Shown piece after piece: positions 38,572 to 46,910 of a stretch of 64,000 nt of DNA. This DNA comes from Patescibacteria group bacterium (GTDB lineage Bacteria > Patescibacteriota > Kazan-3B-28 > UBA10110), in assembly GCA_041659905.1 (NCBI GenBank), contig JBAZXK010000002.1, positions 128,593-192,592 on the forward strand, in the 5' to 3' direction. The number at the start of each line of letters is the position of its first letter. Positions within the stretch are counted from its first letter, which is position 1. The notes below the pieces were generated by a model, which saw only the letters and a list, made by a program, of their open reading frames with translations, had not been told where the DNA came from and did no database searches. The translations under genes and the position numbers were made by a program.

Positions 38572-40065
38572 ATGGCGATGGGGAGGGTATACACTATTTT
38601 GGCGTGTATCGGGTTTTTGGTGGGGGTAGCTGTCGGGAGTTGGTGGATGCTGCCGAATTGGGGCTTAGCGCTTTATTGCGGGGTCGGACTAGTGGCAATT
38701 AGTCTAATTTTTTATAAATATAGACGCTGGCTGGGGCCAGTTGTTTGGTTTTTACTGCTAGCTCTAGTAGGAAACTGGCGTTTAGGGACTGCCCAGGTTA
38801 TTTCAGCCACAGATATTAGTTATTATGCGGGACAAGTAGTTACCTTGCAGGGAATAATTATGGACGATCCTCAAGTGTCAGTCGATGAGACCAAGTTTAA
38901 TGTGCGAGTTAAATCGTTAGAAGGAGCGTCTAGCGTGTCCGGAAAGATATTGGTTAAAGCGCAACATTATCCAACTTATCAATACGGCAACCTAATCTCT
39001 TTAACCGGGCAGTTAAGCTTGCCCTCGGCCAATACCACTGATAGTTATGTTAAATATCTCGCCAAATCCGGCGTTTATGTAATCTGCAGTTATCCGGAAA
39101 TTACCGTAGTGCAAGATTTCGCTGGCAATAAAATATGGCGCTGGCTATATCAGGTTAAACATTATTTTTTACAGACGACTAATCAGATAATGCCGGAACC
39201 GACTGCTGGTCTTTTGGCTGGCTTACTGCTGGGTATCAGTGCAGCTTTACCTAAAAACTTATTGGAAAGTTTTAATACTACCGGCTTAACTCATATCATT
39301 GCCCTATCAGGTTTTAATATCAGCATTGTAGCTGGTGCGATTCTTAAATTATTGGGTTGGTTGCCGTTAAATTTCCGATTGATTACGGCCATGGTAGCAG
39401 TGTGGCTGTTTGTGTTGCTGACCGGAGCGGCTCCCTCGGCTGTGCGCGCAGCGCTGATGGGTATGTTGATCCTGCTGGCTAGTTTATTGGGGAGGTGGGC
39501 GGATGTGGCGGTGTCTTTGTGTCTTACGGCAGTGGCAATGGTAGCAATTAATCCCAAAATATTAGCTGACGATATTGGTTTTCAGTTATCATTTTTAGCC
39601 ACCGTTGGTATTATTTATCTAAGTCCGGTTTTAGAGAATTGGCTACGGCGTTGGCCGCATTATTTGGGCGGCTTGTTGAGCGCGACTTTATCAGCCTTAG
39701 TCTTGGTGACACCAATTTTGATGATAAACTTTGGTCGCATCTCGTTGGTTGCGCCGTTGACTAATATATTAGTGGTGCCTTTGGTACCTCTCGCGATGTT
39801 GCTGGGGTTTTGGGCAGTTATCGGCGGCATGGTGCAGACTGATTTAGGATTGGTGTTGGGTTGGCTGGCATGGGTACCTCTAAAACTAGTGGCGGTTTTG
39901 GCAGAATACTTTCGCACTCTGCCGGGAGCTAGTCTGGAAATAACAGTTTCCGGCGGCTGGTGGGTAGCTGTTTATTATTTAATACTGATTATAGGTTTAA
40001 TCATTTATTATGGTCAGAAAAAATCAGTTCCACTTAGGGCTGTTAGCCATCCTGATCCTCACTAA
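38572..40065 (+). CDS. comEC: Competence protein ComEC/Rec2, N-terminal part (DUF4131 + competence domain)
   Basis: Multi-TM; LTHIIALSGFNISIVAG motif of the ComEC competence domain. Confidence 0.8.
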   Translation: MAMGRVYTILACIGFLVGVAVGSWWMLPNWGLALYCGVGLVAISLIFYKYRRWLGPVVWFLLLALVGNWRLGTAQVISATDISYYAGQVVTLQGIIMDDPQVSVDETKFNVRVKSLEGASSVSGKILVKAQHYPTYQYGNLISLTGQLSLPSANTTDSYVKYLAKSGVYVICSYPEITVVQDFAGNKIWRWLYQVKHYFLQTTNQIMPEPTAGLLAGLLLGISAALPKNLLESFNTTGLTHIIALSGFNISIVAGAILKLLGWLPLNFRLITAMVAVWLFVLLTGAAPSAVRAALMGMLILLASLLGRWADVAVSLCLTAVAMVAINPKILADDIGFQLSFLATVGIIYLSPVLENWLRRWPHYLGGLLSATLSALVLVTPILMINFGRISLVAPLTNILVVPLVPLAMLLGFWAVIGGMVQTDLGLVLGWLAWVPLKLVAVLAEYFRTLPGASLEITVSGGWWVAVYYLILIIGLIIYYGQKKSVPLRAVSHPDPH

Positions 40066-40885
40066 CTATTTTGTTTGGGTGGCTGTGGGCGAAGCTGCTG
40101 CCCATAGTTTGCGGGTCTACTTTTTGAATGTTGGCCAGGGCGATGCTATTTTATTGCGCACTCCCACCGGCGAGGATATTTTAATTGACGGCGGACCCGA
40201 TGACAGTGTTTTAGCGGAGTTGGGCAAGATCTTGCCCGTGTGGGATACCACGCTAGACTTGGTGGTGGCAACTCATACCGATGCCGATCACATTACCGGC
40301 TTAGTTAGTGTTTTAAAGCGCTACCAAATCAAAGAAGTGCTAACACCACCACCCGGTAGATCCACTAGTATCAGTGCGGCCTGGCAACAGGCGATCATGC
40401 AAGGGCCAATAATCAATTATGTTGATGCAGCGGATGATTATCAGTGGGGAGATGTGAGTTGGGATACGCTACTGCCGCTGTCCAGTATCGATATAGTTAG
40501 TACGGACACTAATAATACTTCCATTGTGGCTAAACTCACCTATGAAAGTAATAGTTTGCTACTGACTGGCGATATGGAAGCGCCCGCAGAAAGCTTGTTT
40601 ATGCAGATTTATCCCGCTCTGTCAGCTGAAATATTAAAAGTGGCTCATCATGGCAGTAAAAATTCATCCAACACCTTGTGGTTACAGATGATTAATCCAG
40701 AAATAGCAGTAATCTCGGTAGGTAAAAATTCTTATGGCCATCCCAGTCCGGATACGCTAGGGCGATTGCAGGCAGTGGGGGCAGATATCTATCGGACGGA
40801 TCAGAATGGTACAATTGAGATGATTTTTACAGATAACGGTTACTCCGTTAAAGCCAATGGACAGAAAAAATTTTATCAAAACTGA
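40010..40885 (+). CDS. comEC: ComEC C-terminal metallo-beta-lactamase domain as a separate overlapping ORF
   Basis: TM helix then MBL motifs (VATHTDADHITGL; HHGSKNSS). Overlaps the upstream ComEC ORF by 56 nt in a different frame around an A6 run at 40018-40023. Confidence 0.7.
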   Translation: MVRKNQFHLGLLAILILTNYFVWVAVGEAAAHSLRVYFLNVGQGDAILLRTPTGEDILIDGGPDDSVLAELGKILPVWDTTLDLVVATHTDADHITGLVSVLKRYQIKEVLTPPPGRSTSISAAWQQAIMQGPIINYVDAADDYQWGDVSWDTLLPLSSIDIVSTDTNNTSIVAKLTYESNSLLLTGDMEAPAESLFMQIYPALSAEILKVAHHGSKNSSNTLWLQMINPEIAVISVGKNSYGHPSPDTLGRLQAVGADIYRTDQNGTIEMIFTDNGYSVKANGQKKFYQN

Positions 40886-41165
40886 AGAAGATTTTACCTG
40901 CGAAAATTGCGGGTATCAGGTTAAGGGCAGTGGTTTTACCAACCATTGTCCTAAATGCTTATATAGTAAACACGTGGACAATGTGCCGGGTGATCGGTTG
41001 AATGCTTGTGGTGGCTTGATGGCACCGACGCGGGCTGAGCTCAAGAGCGGCGATTACGACATTATCCATAAATGCCTGAAGTGCGGTGCACTCAAAACTA
41101 ATAAAATGTCAGCGGATGATGATTTTGACCAAATTATAAAATTGAGCACTAGCTTCCTTGTTTAA
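40857..41165 (+). CDS. RNHCP-domain zinc-ribbon protein
   Basis: CENCGYQVKGSGFTNHCPKCLYSKHVD...CLKCG matches the RNHCP domain pattern. Confidence 0.55.
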   Translation: MDRKNFIKTEEDFTCENCGYQVKGSGFTNHCPKCLYSKHVDNVPGDRLNACGGLMAPTRAELKSGDYDIIHKCLKCGALKTNKMSADDDFDQIIKLSTSFLV

Positions 41166-42180
41166 ATTAATTGCTGTATCTTGGCTGCAATTTCTCTCCC
41201 CTCTTTTGCTGGCGGCGATTTTGAGTTGGGGGTTACTTGCCGGAATAAAATATTTAACAACGAAATATCAGTGGTGGGGGCACCAGAGTGCTCATCATGA
41301 TGCGCGTCAAATCACACGCTTGGGCGGCATCGCGGTTTGGTTGACTTTTTTGATCGTGTTTTTAGGGTTTGTCGACCTTACTCCTCCGCGCTTGGCATTA
41401 CTAGTCGGGATGACACTACTATTTTTAATGGGGCTGGTTGATGACATCTACAATCTTTCACCGATTACTAAATTGATTTGGCAAATCGGAGCAGTGGCGA
41501 TCGCGGTCGGTTTGGGACTACATATTGGGCAAGTGACTAATCCTTTCGGTGGAGTAATTGTTTTATCTCCCATCTGGGATTATTTATTAAGTGGGTTTTG
41601 GTTACTCATCGTAGTGAATGCTGTGAATATGTTAGATGGCCTGGATGGTCTGTCCGCGGGAGCTACTAGTATTTTTTCGATTATCATTTTCTTCTTAAGT
41701 CTCTTTGTAATTGTTAATCAGCCGACGACTGCTACGATGGCAGTAATTCTTTTAGGCACGATGCTGGGTTATTTGTGGTGGAATTGGCATCCCGCTAAAA
41801 TCTTTTATGGTGATGCCGGCAGCAACATGGTGGGATTTATCATGGGGGCCTTAGCCATTGTGAGCGGTGGGAAGATTGCTACAGCTGCCTTAGTGTTGGG
41901 ATTCCCGATTATGGATCTGCTGTGGGCAGCGTTCCGCCGGATAAAACAAGGCCGATCTCCTTTTGCGGCCGACCGCGAACATCTCCATCATCGTTTGCTG
42001 GATGCGGGAGTGCCTCACCAGAGTGCTGTGGTGATCATTTTAGCACTAGTAGCTCTGTTCGGGGTGGTTTCATTGCTATCGGGCACTTGGGCTAAACTGA
42101 TCGCTCTTTTTGGGGTAGCTTTGCTAATGATTATCCTCGTCAGGACTGTATTTTTCTTGCAAAGGAGAAAAAGCCATTGA
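41158..42180 (+). CDS. MraY/WecA-family polyprenyl-phosphate N-acetylhexosamine-1-phosphate transferase
   Basis: VNAVNMLDGLDGLSAG and the rest of the glycosyltransferase family 4 (MraY-like) membrane topology. Confidence 0.8.
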   Translation: MFKLIAVSWLQFLSPLLLAAILSWGLLAGIKYLTTKYQWWGHQSAHHDARQITRLGGIAVWLTFLIVFLGFVDLTPPRLALLVGMTLLFLMGLVDDIYNLSPITKLIWQIGAVAIAVGLGLHIGQVTNPFGGVIVLSPIWDYLLSGFWLLIVVNAVNMLDGLDGLSAGATSIFSIIIFFLSLFVIVNQPTTATMAVILLGTMLGYLWWNWHPAKIFYGDAGSNMVGFIMGALAIVSGGKIATAALVLGFPIMDLLWAAFRRIKQGRSPFAADREHLHHRLLDAGVPHQSAVVIILALVALFGVVSLLSGTWAKLIALFGVALLMIILVRTVFFLQRRKSH

Positions 42181-42205
42181 CAAAACTCTCTCCTTGAGTT
42201 ACAAT
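42177..42205 (+). promoter_or_regulatory. Sigma70-like promoter (TTGACA-17-TACAAT)
   Basis: ttgaca 42177-42182; tacaat 42200-42205; upstream of 42252 CDS. Confidence 0.4.
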
Positions 42206-42251
42206 GATATAATTTGCTGAATGTCGTTGTAACATTAAAACAAAAACCAAC

Positions 42252-42617
42252 ATGAATGATCAGCAATTCGAAAAATTAGTCGCCAATCTACAGGATGTGA
42301 TGCGTTGCCCTAATTGTTCTTCGGGGTATTTTCTGGACGACATCCATTATTTAGGCCAGATGGAAACTATGACCTTTCTACACCTGCGTTGCCATAAGTG
42401 CGGTACTCCTGTTTTTGCGAGTGTGGCTGTAGCGGCCGGTGATGGCACTATCCTAGAATCTGACTTTATTGATAATCAGGTAATTAAGACGCGCAAGCTG
42501 GCGATTGAGGAAAAACCTCAGATTTTTCGGTCCATTACCCATGATGATGTGATCGATATTCATGAGGCTCTCGGCAAGGCGGTGGATGATTGGGACAAAT
42601 TCTTGCAAGTGCGCTAA
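42252..42617 (+). CDS. Hypothetical zinc-finger protein
   Basis: 121 aa with CPNCSSG ... CHKCG Cys pairs. Confidence 0.45.
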   Translation: MNDQQFEKLVANLQDVMRCPNCSSGYFLDDIHYLGQMETMTFLHLRCHKCGTPVFASVAVAAGDGTILESDFIDNQVIKTRKLAIEEKPQIFRSITHDDVIDIHEALGKAVDDWDKFLQVR

Positions 42618-42701
42618 AAGCTAATTTTTAACCTCTGAACTAGAAAACCTTGCTTTGGCAGGGTTTTTTGGATATATTGGCAGGGTTAACGATAAGCGAG
42701 A

Positions 42702-43385
42702 ATGAATAAACCAGCCGAAAAACTCGAACTCTCAGCCGAAATTAGGGATACCAGTATCTCCCCTAAAGCTTTCCGGACCCAAGGCAAGGTGCCGGGAGTA
42801 GCTTATGGCAAAGACGTTGTCCCCACTCCCCTGGCAGTCAAGCTGCTTGATTTTAAGAAAATTTATCGGAGTGCGGGTGAAACCACTATTATCAATTTAA
42901 AATTAGGCGATGCCTTGCCTAAAATGGTATTGATCAAAGATGTGCAGTTGAGTCCCGATCAAGACGAATATTTAAATATTGATTTTTTGCAAATCAAAGT
43001 AGGTGAGAAGTTGCGGGTGACGGTGCCATTGAAATTTGAGAACGAAGCTCCGGCGGTAAAAGATTTTGGCGGAATTCTAATCACTAATAAAAATGAAGTG
43101 GAAGTAGAGTGTATGCCGCAAGATCTTCCGCATGAAATTATTGTGGACCTAACTAAGTTGGCTAATGTTGACGACAGCATTCTAGTTAAAGATTTACATG
43201 TTAACGCTGGCGTAGAGCTGTTAGATCAGCCAGAGGATTCTATTATTATGGTGGCGCCACCAGCAGCTGAAGAGGTAGAGCCGGTCGTATCAGAGGCAGA
43301 AGCCGTGGCGGCAGTGGAGGCTACTGGAGAAAAAACAGAATCAGCCGAAGGAGAAACCACTAAAGAAGAGAAAAAATCAGAATAA
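42702..43385 (+). CDS. rplY: 50S ribosomal protein L25/general stress protein Ctc
   Basis: LELSAEIRDTSISPKAFRTQGKVPGVAYGKD typical bL25 N-terminus; acidic C-terminal tail (Ctc form). Confidence 0.85.
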   Translation: MNKPAEKLELSAEIRDTSISPKAFRTQGKVPGVAYGKDVVPTPLAVKLLDFKKIYRSAGETTIINLKLGDALPKMVLIKDVQLSPDQDEYLNIDFLQIKVGEKLRVTVPLKFENEAPAVKDFGGILITNKNEVEVECMPQDLPHEIIVDLTKLANVDDSILVKDLHVNAGVELLDQPEDSIIMVAPPAAEEVEPVVSEAEAVAAVEATGEKTESAEGETTKEEKKSE

Positions 43386-43645
43386 TTCGTTCAAAATTAT
43401 TAAAACAATTAATTTAACAGAAACTTTCATCATCACGGTGAAAGTTTTTAAATAATTTTTTTTGTTTACAAGTTATTTAATAAGATTCTAGGCTAAGTCA
43501 GAATGACAAAGCAAAGAAAACTTTGTCAATTTTTGAAAATGTTGACAATAACTATTGTATTTGATTAGTAAAGTATTTATAATTTAAGTTGTTGTTGTAA
43601 ATGCAACACAAAAGAATAATATTAATAACCCAAGGAGGGTAGACA

Positions 43646-43750
43646 ATGCCTGCAAAGAAAAAGCGCAAAGTCGCAAAGAAAGCTGCTCCAAAGAAAAAGA
43701 AGGCAGCTCCCAAAAAGAAGAAGGCCGTCCGTCGCAAAAAGAGAAAGTAA
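43646..43750 (+). CDS. 34-aa lysine/alanine-rich basic peptide (unlisted small ORF)
   Basis: MPAKKKRKVAKKAAPKKKKAAPKKKKAVRRKKRK; strong RBS aaggaggg 7 nt upstream of the ATG; followed by the hairpin terminator at 43772-43799. The antisense 43552..43737 ORF in the track is its shadow. Confidence 0.6.
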   Translation: MPAKKKRKVAKKAAPKKKKAAPKKKKAVRRKKRK

Positions 43751-43771
43751 AAAGATTCACTAAGAATCGTT

Positions 43772-43799
43772 AAAGAACACTCAGTAATGAGTGTTCTTT
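43772..43799 (+). terminator. Hairpin terminator
   Basis: aaagaacactca-gtaa-tgagtgttcttt, perfect 12 bp stem. Confidence 0.5.
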
Positions 43800-43886
43800 A
43801 GTAGAAATAAAAATTACACTGCCAAAGCGGAATTTTTTATAATATGATAGAGGTAGTACAGTTTATTAATAGGTTATCTACGGAAA

Positions 43887-45647
43887 ATGGATTACCCAAC
43901 CGTCCGGAAAAATTTTATTCAGTTTTTTGTCGATAAACAGCATCAATTAGTGCCTTCGGCTGCGTTAATTCCTGAGCATGATGCCTCAGTTTTATTCACC
44001 ACTGCGGGGATGCAACAATTTAAACCGTACTACACGGGTGTTCCCTCTCCATATGGAGAGGGAGTAGTTAGTATTCAAAAATGTTTTCGGACTGCTGACA
44101 TTAACGAAGTGGGTGATGAATCACATCTGACTTTTTTCGAAATGCTAGGCAATTTTGCTTTTAATGGTTCAGTCAGCAAGCGAGAGGCGATTAATTGGGG
44201 CTGGGAATTTTTGACTTCTCCTGATGGGATGGGCATTGATAAGGCTCGGCTGTCAGCCACCTACTATAACGGCAATCGTTCCGGGACTTTTCCGGATAAT
44301 GAAGCTAAAGAAGTTCTAGAATCATTACGAGTTGATGGATTAAATCAGATTACAGCGCAGCCGGATACAGATAATTTCTGGGGACCGACTGGCAACGAAG
44401 GTCCTTGCGGTCCGACCGTAGAATTTTATGTGGATGGAGTAGAAATCTGGAATATCGTCTTCAATGAATTCTATTATCAGGAAGCCACTGGTTTGCGACC
44501 ACCAACCAGCGGTTTAGGCATTGATACAGGCATGGGGCTAGAGAGATTATTGGTGGCCGTTAATCCGGAAACAAGTAATGTTTACGAAACCGACGCTTTT
44601 ACTGATATCATTACTAAAATCCAAGATCATACTCCCGATATTGATATCGGAGCTGACCGCTCTATGCGCATCATTGCTGATCATCTGCGGGCCAGTGTTT
44701 TTTTGCTAGCCGACCATGTTCAACCCAGCAATAAAGAGCAGGGGTACTTGTTGCGGCGGATTTTACGCCGAGCTATTTTACATTTAGATCGACTAGAAGC
44801 TTTGGCCGGTTTCCGAGAAATTATTGAAACCATTATTAATTATTACGGAGAATTTTATCCTGAATTAGTTGCTGATAAGGATAATATTGTGCAATTTGCT
44901 GAATTAGAAAGAGACAAGTTCCTAAAAACCATCACTCAGGGTCGGAAAGAATTAGTTAAGCTCTTGAGTTCTGCTGACACTACCATTTCGGGTCTAGCCG
45001 CATTCGATTTATTCGCTACGTATGGGTTACCGCTGGACTTTATTAAAGAAGAATCTCTCCAAGCCGGCAAAGACATAGATGAGGTTGGTTTTGAACAAGC
45101 CTTTAAAGAGCACCAGAACGTGTCTCGGGCCGGGGTAGAACAAAAATTTGGCGGTCATGGTCTGTCTTCTGGCGCAGAGGTGAGCGAGACTGATAAACAG
45201 ATCATTACGCGTTATCACACAGCTACCCATCTCTTGCATGCTGCTCTGATGAAATTCTTAGGCAATGAAGTTAAACAAGCCGGGTCTGATTTAAATACCG
45301 AACGAGCCCGATTTGATTTTACTTTTCCGCGTCCTCTCACTTCTGCAGAAAAACAACAGATAGAAGATTGGGTCAACCAACAGATTACGCAAGATCTGGT
45401 CGTGAAAAAAGAGGTTAAGCCTCTTGCGGAAGCCTTGGCGGAAGGAGCCACTGCCTTCTTCCGAGAAAAATATCCGGATCCAGTGAATGTCTACACTATA
45501 TATAATGAGAATAGCGGTGAAGTGATTTCTAAGGAATTATGCGGAGGGCCGCATGTAGAAAATACTTCCGCAATCGGCAAGTTTAAAATTATCAAAGAGC
45601 AGAGCAGTTCAGCGGGAGTGCGCCGAATTAGAGCTGTGATCGATTAA
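43887..45647 (+). CDS. alaS: Alanine--tRNA ligase (short form lacking C-Ala domain)
   Basis: Class II core (FTTAGMQQFKP), editing-domain HxxxH (HTATHLLH) and CGGPHV motifs; 586 aa versus ~870 in typical bacteria. Confidence 0.85.
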   Translation: MDYPTVRKNFIQFFVDKQHQLVPSAALIPEHDASVLFTTAGMQQFKPYYTGVPSPYGEGVVSIQKCFRTADINEVGDESHLTFFEMLGNFAFNGSVSKREAINWGWEFLTSPDGMGIDKARLSATYYNGNRSGTFPDNEAKEVLESLRVDGLNQITAQPDTDNFWGPTGNEGPCGPTVEFYVDGVEIWNIVFNEFYYQEATGLRPPTSGLGIDTGMGLERLLVAVNPETSNVYETDAFTDIITKIQDHTPDIDIGADRSMRIIADHLRASVFLLADHVQPSNKEQGYLLRRILRRAILHLDRLEALAGFREIIETIINYYGEFYPELVADKDNIVQFAELERDKFLKTITQGRKELVKLLSSADTTISGLAAFDLFATYGLPLDFIKEESLQAGKDIDEVGFEQAFKEHQNVSRAGVEQKFGGHGLSSGAEVSETDKQIITRYHTATHLLHAALMKFLGNEVKQAGSDLNTERARFDFTFPRPLTSAEKQQIEDWVNQQITQDLVVKKEVKPLAEALAEGATAFFREKYPDPVNVYTIYNENSGEVISKELCGGPHVENTSAIGKFKIIKEQSSSAGVRRIRAVID

Positions 45648-45651
45648 ATTT

Positions 45652-46905
45652 ATGGCGTTTTTTTCCGTAAATAAAGCGAAAAAAAGCCGGGGGGAAGCTT
45701 ACATTGCCGTTGATTTAGGCACAGAGGCTGTTAAATCCCTAGTTTTTGAAAGAAGAGAGCAGCAATGCTCCATTTTGGGTAAAGGTAGGGCGTTTCATCC
45801 AGGCGGGATTATGCGGGGAGGCATGGTGATCAATATCTCGGAAGCGGTGCCCAGTTTGCGGCAAGCAGTTGAGGCCGCCTGTGCTCAGGCCGATATCCAA
45901 CCCAAAAATCTAGTCATGAGCTTATCGGGAGATTTAGTTAAAAGCCTAGTCACGACAGTGCATTATCATCGAGCCCGACCAGATGCCCATATTGATAGCA
46001 ATGAATTAAAAAATATTCTTTATAAAGCCCAATGGAAGGCGTTTGAGCAAATTCGCAGCTTAGTGGCTAAAGAACAAAAAGAATCGGATCTGGGATTTAA
46101 GTTAATCAATACCACCATTGTGGATACGCGCATTGATGGTTATAAGGTAAGCAATCCCTTAAATTTTCAAGGGAGCATGATCACCCTCAGTATTTTTAAT
46201 GCCTTTGCTCCTTTGGTGCATCTGGGAGCTCTCCAGGCCTTAGCTGATGAATTAGGTTTAAATTTAGTCAGTGTGGCGGCTGGCCCCTATGCTTTAACTA
46301 AGAGTTTGTTGGTCGATAATCCAGAATTCAGTGCGGTATTTATTGATATGGGAGCCTATTTGACCGATGTAGCCGTGGTCAGCGAAGGTGGTATTTTTGG
46401 CATGCAAAATTTTGCTTTGGGCAGTAATGCTTTCAGTAAAAACATAGCTACTAGCCTAAAAGTTACTCCCGATAAGGCCGAGCAAATTAAAATTGATTAT
46501 AGTAGCGGATTGATCGATAAACGCTCAGAAAACAAATTGCATCGGATCTGCAAAGAAACGGCGGCACTGTGGGTGCAAGGTGTAGCGGAAAGTTTGGACG
46601 AATTCAGTCATCTCGATATTTTGCCTAATAAAATTTTTTTGGCGGGAGGAGGCGCTGTTTTACCGGAGATAAAACAGGCTTTGTTGATGAAAGCCTGGGC
46701 GGAACACTTGCCGTTTGCCAAGAAACCAGCTCCAGCTGTGATCGAGCCTACGGATATTCCTAATATAGTCCTACATAATCAAGTTACGATTGATTTAGGT
46801 GATATGGTAGTCTTGGGTCTGGCTAATTTAACTTTAGCCTTGCCAGGTAAAGAAGATGTGTTAGGAGATATGTTGCGGCGCTTAGTTGTTAATATGCAAG
46901 CCTAA
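45652..46905 (+). CDS. Actin-fold ATPase, FtsA/PilM-like
   Basis: AVDLGTEAVKSLVF phosphate-1-like and IDMGAYLTDVAVV motifs of the FtsA/PilM/MreB superfamily. Confidence 0.55.
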   Translation: MAFFSVNKAKKSRGEAYIAVDLGTEAVKSLVFERREQQCSILGKGRAFHPGGIMRGGMVINISEAVPSLRQAVEAACAQADIQPKNLVMSLSGDLVKSLVTTVHYHRARPDAHIDSNELKNILYKAQWKAFEQIRSLVAKEQKESDLGFKLINTTIVDTRIDGYKVSNPLNFQGSMITLSIFNAFAPLVHLGALQALADELGLNLVSVAAGPYALTKSLLVDNPEFSAVFIDMGAYLTDVAVVSEGGIFGMQNFALGSNAFSKNIATSLKVTPDKAEQIKIDYSSGLIDKRSENKLHRICKETAALWVQGVAESLDEFSHLDILPNKIFLAGGGAVLPEIKQALLMKAWAEHLPFAKKPAPAVIEPTDIPNIVLHNQVTIDLGDMVVLGLANLTLALPGKEDVLGDMLRRLVVNMQA

Positions 46906-46910
46906 ATTAG

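Noticed and set aside
43552-43737. Minus-strand 61 aa ORF
   Set aside because: It is the antisense shadow of the lysine-rich peptide gene (AAG/AAA repeats read as F-rich on the other strand). The plus-strand peptide has an RBS; this one has none.
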